NCBI GenBank assembly: GCA_018335275.1
Contig: JAGXKM010000001.1
Span: 8,154-72,153, forward strand
From: Anaerolineales bacterium
GTDB taxonomy: Bacteria > Chloroflexota > Anaerolineae > Anaerolineales > UBA11858
Direction of reading: 5' to 3'
DNA: 64,000 nucleotides
The position numbers and the translations under genes are program-made. The first letter of the stretch is position 1. Each line of letters starts with the position of its first letter. The notes under the pieces are model-generated. The model was not told the DNA's origin. It ran no database searches and saw only the letters and a list, made by a program, of their open reading frames with translations. Below, in pieces: positions 46,307 through 54,805 of the stretch.

Positions 46307-47398
46307 CTACTCAAGGGTGCCTTCCACACCTTCTACGAACCAATCCATAGAAAGCATATCCTCATCAGTCATGCATTCACCCTCGGCAACCATCTCGCTG
46401 CCATCCTGGCCGTTGATCGGGCCGCAGAAAACATCCCATTCGGTGTCAATGATCCGTGACCGTTCCTCGTCAACCTTCTCTGCCACGTCATCGGGAACTT
46501 TCGGGCTCAGATCCGCCAGCTTGACGACATCGCTTTCCAAGCCTCCCCAGAACTGGTGGGGTTCCCAGGTATCATCAAGTATTTCCTGAATGGTGTCCAC
46601 ATAGTATGTGCCCCAGTTCCAGACCGGGCTGGTGAGCACGGTGTCACCCACAAACTGAGCCATATCTGAGTCATAGCCTATGCTGAGAACACCAGCTTCC
46701 TTGGCCGCTTTCTGGGGTTCTGTGGTGTCCTGGTGCTGAGCGATCATGTCGACGCCTTCATCCAGAAGGGCCTGAGCCGCTTCGCGCTCTTTCACTGGGT
46801 CGTACCAGGTATTGGTCCAGACCACATTCACCGTGGCTTCAGGGTTAACTTCCCGCACACCCAGCGTGAAGGCATTGATGCCGCGTAGTACCTCAGGAAT
46901 GGGGAAAGCTGCCACATAACCAATCTGGTTGTTTTCCGTCATCCTGCCGGCTACCAAACCGGATAGGTACCGGGGTTGGTACATGCGCCCAAAGTATGTC
47001 GCCATGTTGTCATTGGTCTTGTACCCCGAGCAGTGTTCGAAAATGACCTCAGGATTGTCCTGGGCCACCGTCAGTGTGGGGTCCATGTATCCAAAGCTGG
47101 TTGTGAACACCACGTCCGCACCCTGATTGACCACATCGCGAATGGATTTTTCCGCATCAGGTCCTTCCGGCACATCAGGAACGGTAGAGGTATTCACTTG
47201 ATCTCCAAGCTCCTCTTCCACCATCAACCGGCCCTGCTCATGCTCATAGGTCCAGCCGAGGTCGCCGGGTTGGCCAATATAGATAAAGGCCACCTGCAGT
47301 TCATCCTCTTCTGCGCCGGGCCCAGCCTGGCAGCCTGTGGCTACTAACACAGCCACAAGTAACAGGCTCAGCAATATCCATATTTTCTTGCTTTCCAT
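46307..47398 (-). CDS. BMP-family ABC substrate-binding lipoprotein, locus 1
   Basis: 363 aa with signal and lipobox LVATGC; BMP-type sequence. Confidence 0.8.
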   Translation of the reverse strand: MESKKIWILLSLLLVAVLVATGCQAGPGAEEDELQVAFIYIGQPGDLGWTYEHEQGRLMVEEELGDQVNTSTVPDVPEGPDAEKSIRDVVNQGADVVFTTSFGYMDPTLTVAQDNPEVIFEHCSGYKTNDNMATYFGRMYQPRYLSGLVAGRMTENNQIGYVAAFPIPEVLRGINAFTLGVREVNPEATVNVVWTNTWYDPVKEREAAQALLDEGVDMIAQHQDTTEPQKAAKEAGVLSIGYDSDMAQFVGDTVLTSPVWNWGTYYVDTIQEILDDTWEPHQFWGGLESDVVKLADLSPKVPDDVAEKVDEERSRIIDTEWDVFCGPINGQDGSEMVAEGECMTDEDMLSMDWFVEGVEGTLE

Positions 47399-47528
47399 AA
47401 CTTGCTCTCCTCTTTAACTAAACTAGGTTTACTAGGGAGATCGATCCCTGAATATGCGGGTGACCTCCGATGCTAATCCAGCGAACAATTTTCTCTGTTT
47501 AGTATACACGAGAAACACTCATAAATAA

Positions 47529-47557
47529 ACTATGCGCTTTCATCCATCTCTTGTCAA
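47529..47557 (-). promoter_or_regulatory. Candidate promoter of transporter locus 1
   Basis: The minus strand reads TTGACA, a 17-nt spacer, then CATAGT. It would give a ~125-nt leader. Confidence 0.35.
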
Positions 47558-47584
47558 CCCAAATAGGATTGATTTTAACTTATT

Positions 47585-48541
47585 TTAAGGGACGATATGG
47601 GTGCCGGTTTCTCCCTGTAAAGCTCGGCCGATGTTTTCCGGATTCGTGACAATGGCCTTTTTGCCGCCGCTCTCCAGGAAATGCACAATGGCTTTGATCT
47701 TGGGCTCCATGGAACCTTTCGCAAAGTGCGTCCCCTCTTCGAGATATGCTTTGGCCTCCGCAACGGTCATCTGATCGACCCATTCCTGATCGGGTTTCCC
47801 GAAATTCAGGGCAACCTTTTCAACATCCGTTGAGATCAGATACAAATCCGCATCGATTTCATTGGCCAACATGCCAGACGCGAAATCCTTATCGATCACA
47901 GCTGCGGTCCCCCGCACCTCGTCGCCATCCCGAATGACCGGGATACCGCCGCCGCCCACAGTGATGGTGATCGTCCCCGACTCAATCATGGCTTTCACGG
48001 CTTCTAGCTCCATGATTTCCTGGGGAAGGGGTGAAGGCACAACCCGCCGCCACCCGCGCCCAGCGTCTTCCACGACATCCCATCCATCTTCTTCCTTTCG
48101 GCGCTGGGCTTCCTTCTGCTCCATAAAACTGCCAATAGGCTTGGATGGTTCCTGAAAAGCGGGGTCATTTGGGTCCACCCGAACCTGGGTGATCACCGTG
48201 GCCGCTATCTTGTCAATCCCGCGTTTCCTGAGTTCGTTCTGTATATTCTGCTGTAAGGCATATCCAATCGCGCCCTGGCTGTCTGAGCCGCAGACATCTA
48301 AAGGCAGCTCATGCATGCCTTCCACCCTGTGGGCAATTTCCGAGCGGCGGAGGATGAACCCCACCTGCGGTCCGTTCCCATGCCCGATGGCGATATCCCA
48401 CCCCTGCTCGATCATGTTTACCAGGTGCTTGGCGGTTTCTTTTGCCGCCAGGTACTGGTCCTCTACGGTCTGGTGATCTTTATCTCTGATTAACGAGTTG
48501 CCGCCAATGGCAACAACTGCAACTTTTCTTTCCTCACTCAT
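47585..48541 (-). CDS. arcC: Carbamate kinase
   Basis: 318 aa with VVAIGGNSL, GHGNGPQVG and GGGGIPV. Confidence 0.9.
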   Translation of the reverse strand: MSEERKVAVVAIGGNSLIRDKDHQTVEDQYLAAKETAKHLVNMIEQGWDIAIGHGNGPQVGFILRRSEIAHRVEGMHELPLDVCGSDSQGAIGYALQQNIQNELRKRGIDKIAATVITQVRVDPNDPAFQEPSKPIGSFMEQKEAQRRKEEDGWDVVEDAGRGWRRVVPSPLPQEIMELEAVKAMIESGTITITVGGGGIPVIRDGDEVRGTAAVIDKDFASGMLANEIDADLYLISTDVEKVALNFGKPDQEWVDQMTVAEAKAYLEEGTHFAKGSMEPKIKAIVHFLESGGKKAIVTNPENIGRALQGETGTHIVP

Positions 48542-48553
48542 TCTCTCTCCTTC

Positions 48554-49534
48554 TCAGCGCATGGTCAAAGCCATAACAGCTTTCTGGGCATGCAGACGAT
48601 TTTCCGCTTGATCATAGACAACAGATTGAGGTCCATCCATGACTTCACTCGTGACTTCGACATCACGGTCTGCGGGGAGGGGATGCATATAGATAGCATC
48701 TTTATCCGCCAGCGCCATTTTCCGGGCATCTGTGATCCAATCTTTGTATTGATCCTGAATGCGTTTGCCTTCTTCCTGGTCCCGCGTGGTCAGCAAAGGA
48801 CCCCATGATTTTGCATAGACAATGTCCGCACCCTCAAAACCGGCTTCCATATCATCCACAACTTCAAATTTACTGTCAAATTTCTCTGCCTGTTCCCGGG
48901 CCTGGTCCATGATCTCAGGCATGAGCTCAAACTCCGGAGGATGAGCTAAGGTTACATCCAGTCCAAAGCGGGGCATCTGCAGGATCAATGATTGGGGAAC
49001 GGAAATCGGCTTCAGATAGGAGGAAGCGTAAGCCCAGGAGACGACGATCTTCTTTCCCCGCAGATCCTTGCCTTTCTTCTCCTGAATGGTCATGATGTCG
49101 GCCAGGCATTGATGAGGATGGTAAAACTCATCCTGCATGTTAAGCACGGGGACACGGGAAGCGGATGCGACGTTGTTGAGATAATTATTGCCGATCCCCC
49201 AATCCACATGGCGGATGGCGATCCCGTCAAAATACCGGCCCAGGATCTCGCCCAGTTCTTTCTCCGTGTCTCCATGGGAGACCTGCGTGGTGCGGCTCTC
49301 AATGAAAGCAGCGTGCCCGCCTAATTGGGCCATGCCGGACTCGAAAGATGACCTCGTGCGTGTGCTGGAAAAGAAGAACAACATGCCCAATGTCTTGTTG
49401 TCCAGATAGGCATGAGGCTGACCCAGGGCCCGTTTTTTCTTCAGGTCCCAAGCCACATCCAACACCGTTTCCACTTCTTCTCTGCTGAAATCAAGATCGC
49501 TGATCAAATCCCGATTTCTCAAATCAGTAATCAT
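48554..49534 (-). CDS. Carbamoyltransferase of the AOTCase/SOTCase/YgeW-like (knotted) type; substrate unknown
   Basis: 326 aa with SSTRTRSSFE, HPHQCLAD, VVSWAYASSYLKPISVPQS, YAKSWGP and MHPLPADRDVEV (HPLP rather than the OTCase HCLP). Confidence 0.6.
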   Translation of the reverse strand: MITDLRNRDLISDLDFSREEVETVLDVAWDLKKKRALGQPHAYLDNKTLGMLFFFSSTRTRSSFESGMAQLGGHAAFIESRTTQVSHGDTEKELGEILGRYFDGIAIRHVDWGIGNNYLNNVASASRVPVLNMQDEFYHPHQCLADIMTIQEKKGKDLRGKKIVVSWAYASSYLKPISVPQSLILQMPRFGLDVTLAHPPEFELMPEIMDQAREQAEKFDSKFEVVDDMEAGFEGADIVYAKSWGPLLTTRDQEEGKRIQDQYKDWITDARKMALADKDAIYMHPLPADRDVEVTSEVMDGPQSVVYDQAENRLHAQKAVMALTMR

Positions 49535-49567
49535 ATTTCCTACTCCTCTTTCTAGTCAAACTATCCC

Positions 49568-49605
49568 GGGGCCAGAGCCATTAATCAGGTCCTCAGCTCT
49601 GGCCC
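49568..49605 (-). other. Stem-loop between the two carbamoyltransferase genes
   Basis: GGGCCAGAGC, a 17-nt loop, then GCTCTGGCCC; no U-run follows. Confidence 0.45.
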
Positions 49606-49632
49606 TCTATTGGTACGCTCGGATTACGCCGT

Positions 49633-50586
49633 CTACTCTTTTGCGCCCAGCACCAGGGCGATAAGCGCCATGCGCATGACTACGCCGTTGAACCCTTCTT
49701 CCCAATAGCGGGACCAACGGGTATGGTCCACGTCAGGGGGAATCTCATCCATGCGGGGCAGGGAGTGGAGCAAGACAGCATCTGACTTCGCCTTGGTTTC
49801 CAGCAGTTCCTTGGTGATCTTGAATTCAGGCGGAGTCTGGGGTACTTCACCCTTCCGCTCATCGCGGGACTTGGTGTAATCGGGCTGCACCACGGGTTCC
49901 ACGAGGATGACATCCGCGTCAGCGATCACCTCACGGACATCATCGCCTTCGGTGAAATCCAGGCTGCCCGCTTTGAAATCTTCCCGGTACTCATCGGGCA
50001 GGGACATATCCTCAGGAGAAATCAGGGTCAAAGGGCAGTCAAACTGGGTCAAAGCATGACCCAGGGAGTGCATGGTGCGCATGCGCATATCCCCGACAGC
50101 CACCCAGTTCAAACCGTCAATGGTCCCCTTCTCCTTCAAGATTGTGTAGAGATCGGTCAATATCTGCGTGGGGTGTTCGCCCCAGCCGTCTCCCCCATTG
50201 ATGACCGGCACACTGACCCATTTGGCCGCTTCATGAGGGGCACCCTTCTGGAAATGGCGGGTGACAATCACATCGCCGTAATGCTCCAACATCTTGAAGG
50301 TGTCTTTGATGGACTCCTGGTAGAAATCGCCCGCCCTGGTCACTGTGGCATCCGCGAACCCCGTCACTTTCCCACCTAAACGGAGCATGGCGGATTCATG
50401 GGCCAGCCGAGTGCGCGTTGACGGTTGATAGAAAGCCGTCACCAGCGTCTTCTCTTTGAGCAAATCCACATTCTTGCGGTTATGAGCGATGGGGGCCAGT
50501 TCATCCGCGACTTCGAAAACTCGCAAAAATTCGCGGCGTTCAAAATCCTTTAACGATAATATGTCACGTCCTGAAAAACTTCTCAT
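49633..50586 (-). CDS. Aspartate-carbamoyltransferase-like enzyme with divergent substrate loops
   Basis: 317 aa with QPSTRTRLAHE, HPTQILTD, RTMHS and HSLPRMDEI. The 80s-loop reads TRAGDFYQES instead of S-x-x-KGE-[ST], and the RVQKER region reads PVVQPD. Confidence 0.6.
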   Translation of the reverse strand: MRSFSGRDILSLKDFERREFLRVFEVADELAPIAHNRKNVDLLKEKTLVTAFYQPSTRTRLAHESAMLRLGGKVTGFADATVTRAGDFYQESIKDTFKMLEHYGDVIVTRHFQKGAPHEAAKWVSVPVINGGDGWGEHPTQILTDLYTILKEKGTIDGLNWVAVGDMRMRTMHSLGHALTQFDCPLTLISPEDMSLPDEYREDFKAGSLDFTEGDDVREVIADADVILVEPVVQPDYTKSRDERKGEVPQTPPEFKITKELLETKAKSDAVLLHSLPRMDEIPPDVDHTRWSRYWEEGFNGVVMRMALIALVLGAKE

Positions 50587-50638
50587 GTCTTAACTCCTTG
50601 AAATAAATTAACTTTTCTCATCCAATTCGTATCCTTGG

Positions 50639-51364
50639 TTAAATTCCATTTCCCACGCGTCGGACGATGTGAAAATGAAAGTAACCCGGTAAAAAGTAGC
50701 TGTAAGAATAATCAACCACACGTCCCCTCGTAGAACATAACTCCGAACGGAAAACTAAAAGAGGAGCATGCCGCTGGATATCCAGCGCACTGGCAATTTC
50801 TGAAGACGCGCCGGCGGCGTTGATTTCCGTGCGGGAGCTGGCCAGAAGAGGCTGATCTTTCTTTAATAACAAATCCAGAATCGAACCCGTAAAATCCAAC
50901 GTGATCTCTGCTGCCGATAAGATATCCATGGGTAAGATATCAATCAGATAGGCAACAGGACGGTTCTCTGCCATGATAACCCGTGACACATGGGTGACTT
51001 CTGCTCCAGGTTCCAAACCGAGCGCTTCCCTTGCTTCCTCAGACGCAGGTTTTTGTTCCACGATCAGTTCGCCCATGGAAACGGGAAGCCCAATTCTCTC
51101 TGCCAGGGTTTCCAGACTGACCAAATGCTCCAGCCCGCTTTCAAAAACCTGTGTAGGGTGGATCACAAATGTGCCCACCCCCTGCTTCCTGCGCAGCAAT
51201 CCTCGGGTTTCAAAAGTTCTCATCACTTCCCTGAGCGTTGCGCGGGACACGTCAAGTTGATCCGCGAGTTTGGGTTCCGATGGCAGCCGTTCCCCGGTCT
51301 CCATGTCAGCTATGATCACACTTAAGCGTTCCTTGACGGTTTCTGATACTCCTTGTCCGCTCAT
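50639..51364 (-). CDS. GntR-family transcriptional regulator, HutC/UTRA subtype
   Basis: 241 aa with an N-terminal wHTH (LPSEPKLADQLDVSRATLREVMRTFETRGLL) and a UTRA-length C-terminal domain. There is an ATGA overlap with the adenine deaminase stop. Confidence 0.8.
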   Translation of the reverse strand: MSGQGVSETVKERLSVIIADMETGERLPSEPKLADQLDVSRATLREVMRTFETRGLLRRKQGVGTFVIHPTQVFESGLEHLVSLETLAERIGLPVSMGELIVEQKPASEEAREALGLEPGAEVTHVSRVIMAENRPVAYLIDILPMDILSAAEITLDFTGSILDLLLKKDQPLLASSRTEINAAGASSEIASALDIQRHAPLLVFRSELCSTRGRVVDYSYSYFLPGYFHFHIVRRVGNGI

Positions 51365-53178
51365 AATTTCACTTCTTCAATTGCTGGAATGAGTTCAAAT
51401 TTCTCTGCATCAACCAATCCAAGATCCGAGATCCGTAAAGCGGGAATGACCACTAACGCCAGAAGACTGAGCTGCATATTTGGATTTTTAATTGTGCACC
51501 CGCACTGCCTGAATCCCTCTAACACCGAGGCAGCTTCTTTAGCTACCCGTTCAGCCCGTTTATCAGACATCAAGCCAGCGATCGGCAAAGGGACCTTTCC
51601 GATCACAGCATCCTCTTTGATCACGACCTGTCCCCCCTGCATCTCAACCAGTTCATTGGCTGCGCGCGCCATCTGTGCTTCATCCGTGCCCACCACAATC
51701 ATGTGATGGGAATCATGGGCAACCGTGCTGGCGACAGCGCATCCCGCTTCGAGCTCAAATCCCTGAACCAGTGCCACCTGCACATCCCCCGTGGCATTGT
51801 GCCTTTCTACCAGGGCGATCTTCGCCAAATCACGTTCCAAATCCACCTTGATCTCGCCGTCCTCGGCCTGAACGGAAACCTGTACATGCTTGGTGGGGGC
51901 CTGACCTTCCATGACGCCTATGACATGAGCCACCAGATTATCTCCAGCGGTTCCCTCCGGGACCCGCAAACGGAAATCCTCAGCCTGAAGCGACCTTTTG
52001 ACATTCACGGAGTGTGTCGCCCAGCGTGGATATTCCACCTCGGGCAAATCAACCACCAAGCTCCCGCTCTCCGCGATCACATGGCCCTTGGCCACCACGG
52101 TCTGAACATGGAAATCGTCCAAATCCGGGACCAGGAGGATATCCGCAAAGCGTCCGGGGGCAATCTGACCCATATCCTTGGCCACACCAAAATGTTCCGC
52201 TGTGTTCAAAGTCGCCATCTGGATCACAGTAAGAGGGTCCACACCCAAATCGATGGTATGCCGGACCACGCGATCCATGTGTCCTTCGGTGACCAGGGTT
52301 TCAGAGTGAGTGTCATCCGTACAGAGCAGGAAATGCCGGGAGTCCAGACCTTCCTCAGTGACAGCCTTAATCTGAGCAGCGACATCCAACCAGCCGGACC
52401 CATAACGCAGCATGGCTTTCATGCCCTGTCGAACACGCTTCAATGCATCCACCTTCCGCGTCCCTTCATGATCATCTTCAGGGCCACCTGCCGCATACCC
52501 ATGAAATGGTAAGCCAAGATCAGGAGAAGCATAATGCCCTCCGATCACTTTCCCCGCATGCCGGGTGGCAGCCATTTCAGCGTGCATTTTTCGATCATTT
52601 TGGAAGACGCCGGGAAAATTCATCATCTCTCCCAATCCGATGATCCGCTCCCATGCCATGGCCTCTTTAACGTCTTCCGGTCCAATGCGAGCACCCGGCG
52701 TTTCCAATCCAGGGGCAGAGGGAACGCAAGAGGGAACCTGCACCCAAACATGAATGGGCTGTTTTTCCGCCTCTTCTGCCATCAGGCGGACACCTTTGAG
52801 CCCAAACACATTAGCAATTTCATGAGGATCGACAAACATGCCCGTCGTCCCCTGAGGTGCTACCGCCCGGACGAACTCTGTGATGGTAACCATGCCCGAT
52901 TCAATATGCATATGAGCATCCAAGAGGCCAGGGACCAGATATTGACCTTCCGCCCGGATGACCTCCGTTTCATCCCCCACAGCATGAGACGCATCCTCCC
53001 CCACAAAAGCGATTCGCTTTCCAGCAACGGCCACATCTATTCCGGGCAATATCTCTCCCGATTGTACGTTCACCCACTGCCCTCCCGTGATCACCAGGTC
53101 AGCGGGGGTTCTTCCCATCGATACGTTTACCAGCTTCTGTGTTCGTTCACGGATGTCATCTACGTGCATTCTACACAC
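51361..53178 (-). CDS. ade: Adenine deaminase
   Basis: 605 aa with PGLLDAHMHIESGM; the two-domain Ade architecture and length fit. Confidence 0.85.
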   Translation of the reverse strand: MCRMHVDDIRERTQKLVNVSMGRTPADLVITGGQWVNVQSGEILPGIDVAVAGKRIAFVGEDASHAVGDETEVIRAEGQYLVPGLLDAHMHIESGMVTITEFVRAVAPQGTTGMFVDPHEIANVFGLKGVRLMAEEAEKQPIHVWVQVPSCVPSAPGLETPGARIGPEDVKEAMAWERIIGLGEMMNFPGVFQNDRKMHAEMAATRHAGKVIGGHYASPDLGLPFHGYAAGGPEDDHEGTRKVDALKRVRQGMKAMLRYGSGWLDVAAQIKAVTEEGLDSRHFLLCTDDTHSETLVTEGHMDRVVRHTIDLGVDPLTVIQMATLNTAEHFGVAKDMGQIAPGRFADILLVPDLDDFHVQTVVAKGHVIAESGSLVVDLPEVEYPRWATHSVNVKRSLQAEDFRLRVPEGTAGDNLVAHVIGVMEGQAPTKHVQVSVQAEDGEIKVDLERDLAKIALVERHNATGDVQVALVQGFELEAGCAVASTVAHDSHHMIVVGTDEAQMARAANELVEMQGGQVVIKEDAVIGKVPLPIAGLMSDKRAERVAKEAASVLEGFRQCGCTIKNPNMQLSLLALVVIPALRISDLGLVDAEKFELIPAIEEVKL

Positions 53179-53218
53179 TCCCGGAAGTAAAACCAGGACC
53201 TGAGAATAAACTCCGTCA

Positions 53219-54631
53219 TCATTGGACCAACTGCTGCGCTAATTGGTTGTGAGTTTCTATCAACTGGTCGACATCTGCGGTGACCAGGGCACCTTCCTTG
53301 ACCACAAATTTTCCACCCACAACGTTGTAAGCGACTCCCCGCGGTGCACAAAAAGGCAGGGCTGCAACCGGATCGTGCAGCGCACCCGCATAACTAACCT
53401 GGCTCAAATCCAGGGCTATAAAATCGCCGGCCTTCCCCTCTTCCAACGATCCGATGTCAGAACGTCCCAGCACGGCTGCTCCCCCGCGGGTTCCCATCTC
53501 CAGCGCTTGCCGCGCAGACATGATCGGGAGGTGTTCTTCATTTGAGCGGGAAGCGCCTAACATCCCCGCTCTCAACCGAGCTAAAAGCATCGCCTGCCGG
53601 ACTTCTTCCAGCATATGTGAACTGTCATTGCTGGCTGAACCATCCACCCCCACACCCACATCAATCCCAGCCTGCAACATATCCAGGATGGGGGCCGCTC
53701 CCGAAGCCAGCCGCATATTCGAACTCGGGCAATGGGCAACCCCACAGTGATTTTCCGCATACACATCCAGCTCCTGCTCATTGACGTGAACGGAATGAGC
53801 GAACCAGACATCGGGTCCGATCCAATCCACCTCTTCCATATAAGCTACAGGGCGGTGGCCAAATTGCTCCAGGCAAAAATCGATTTCATCCTCTGTCTCC
53901 GACAGGTGGGTATGCAGACGCACCCCATAGTCACGGGCTAACGCTGCGCTTTCCCTCATCAGATCACCCGTGACGCTGAAAGGTGAACACGGCGCCAGCA
54001 CAATTTGCACAAAGGAACCTGGTTCAGGATCATGATAGGCTTCAATCACCCGCTGCGAATCGCGGAGAATTTCATCTTCACCCTCCACCACACTGTCCGG
54101 GGGAAGTCCTCCTTTGCTCTCCCCCAGACTCATCGAACCCCGAGAAGCATGCAATCGCAAACCGATCTCTTGGGCAGCTTGAATCTCATCATCCAAGCGA
54201 GAGCCGTTAGGAAATAAGTAGAGATGATCCGAAGCCGTCGTGCAGCCCGATAAAGCCAACTCAGCCAGGGCAGTCTTCGTGGATACCCTGATATGCTCCG
54301 GTCCCATTCGCGCCCAGATGGGATAAAGTGTTTTCAACCAGTGAAAAAGATTTACATCTTGAGCATCCGGGATCACCCTGGTTAACGTCTGATAAAAATG
54401 GTGATGCGTGTTCACCAGCCCAGGGAGAACAATATGCCCGGAAAGATCAAGGATCTCCTCTGCCTGACCAGGCAAAGAGTCAGTGGGTCCCACCGCTTCA
54501 ATGAACCCGTCCTTAATAAAAATACCACCGCCTTTGATTTCGCGGCGGTGGTCATCCATCGTGACTAAAATATCTGCGTTCTTGATCAATAAAGTGCCCA
54601 TTAGATTCATCCACTTGTTAATCCTGAACAA
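53219..54631 (-). CDS. Amidohydrolase of the guanine/8-oxoguanine deaminase (SsnA/AtzB-like) group. The true start may be at 54610 or 54601.
   Basis: 470 aa with LIKNADILVTMDD, GLVNTHHHFYQTLTR, HLSET and GVDGSASND. Confidence 0.75.
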   Translation of the reverse strand: MFRINKWMNLMGTLLIKNADILVTMDDHRREIKGGGIFIKDGFIEAVGPTDSLPGQAEEILDLSGHIVLPGLVNTHHHFYQTLTRVIPDAQDVNLFHWLKTLYPIWARMGPEHIRVSTKTALAELALSGCTTASDHLYLFPNGSRLDDEIQAAQEIGLRLHASRGSMSLGESKGGLPPDSVVEGEDEILRDSQRVIEAYHDPEPGSFVQIVLAPCSPFSVTGDLMRESAALARDYGVRLHTHLSETEDEIDFCLEQFGHRPVAYMEEVDWIGPDVWFAHSVHVNEQELDVYAENHCGVAHCPSSNMRLASGAAPILDMLQAGIDVGVGVDGSASNDSSHMLEEVRQAMLLARLRAGMLGASRSNEEHLPIMSARQALEMGTRGGAAVLGRSDIGSLEEGKAGDFIALDLSQVSYAGALHDPVAALPFCAPRGVAYNVVGGKFVVKEGALVTADVDQLIETHNQLAQQLVQ

Positions 54632-54635
54632 CCCG

Positions 54636-54649
54636 ATTGTCTGACAATT
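54636..54649 (-). promoter_or_regulatory. Operator copy 1 (ATTGTCTGACAATT), at or near the predicted +1
   Basis: Palindrome ATTGTC-N-GACAAT, an exact 14-nt repeat of copy 2. Confidence 0.55.
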
Positions 54650-54652
54650 GAA

Positions 54653-54681
54653 AGTGTATCAAAAAGGGTCTGGGTTGTCAA
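54653..54681 (-). promoter_or_regulatory. Sigma70-type promoter of the deaminase-gntR-carbamoyltransferase operon
   Basis: The minus strand reads TTGACA (54676-54681), a 17-nt spacer, then TACACT (54653-54658). Confidence 0.55.
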
Positions 54682-54694
54682 TTGTCTGACAATT
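54680..54694 (-). promoter_or_regulatory. Operator copy 2 (AATTGTCTGACAATT), overlapping the -35
   Basis: Perfect 7-1-7 palindrome AATTGTC-T-GACAATT; its end overlaps the TTGACA -35 hexamer. Confidence 0.55.
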
Positions 54695-54805
54695 AGTTAT
54701 TGATGAGAATGGGATTTCGTCCGTGGATAGACAATGCCCCCACATTTCCCCGGGACCCATCTTATCGACTACCCCCTACCCGCCAGGGACGCAGCTCAGG
54801 AAAGC

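Noticed and set aside
47399-47528. The ~125-nt leader of transporter locus 1, considered as a purine, xanthine or 2'-dG-type riboswitch.
   Set aside because: I could not find the conserved purine-riboswitch junction nucleotides or any other known aptamer core. Only a 5-bp hairpin and a TAAAC-tag-GTTTA palindrome are present.
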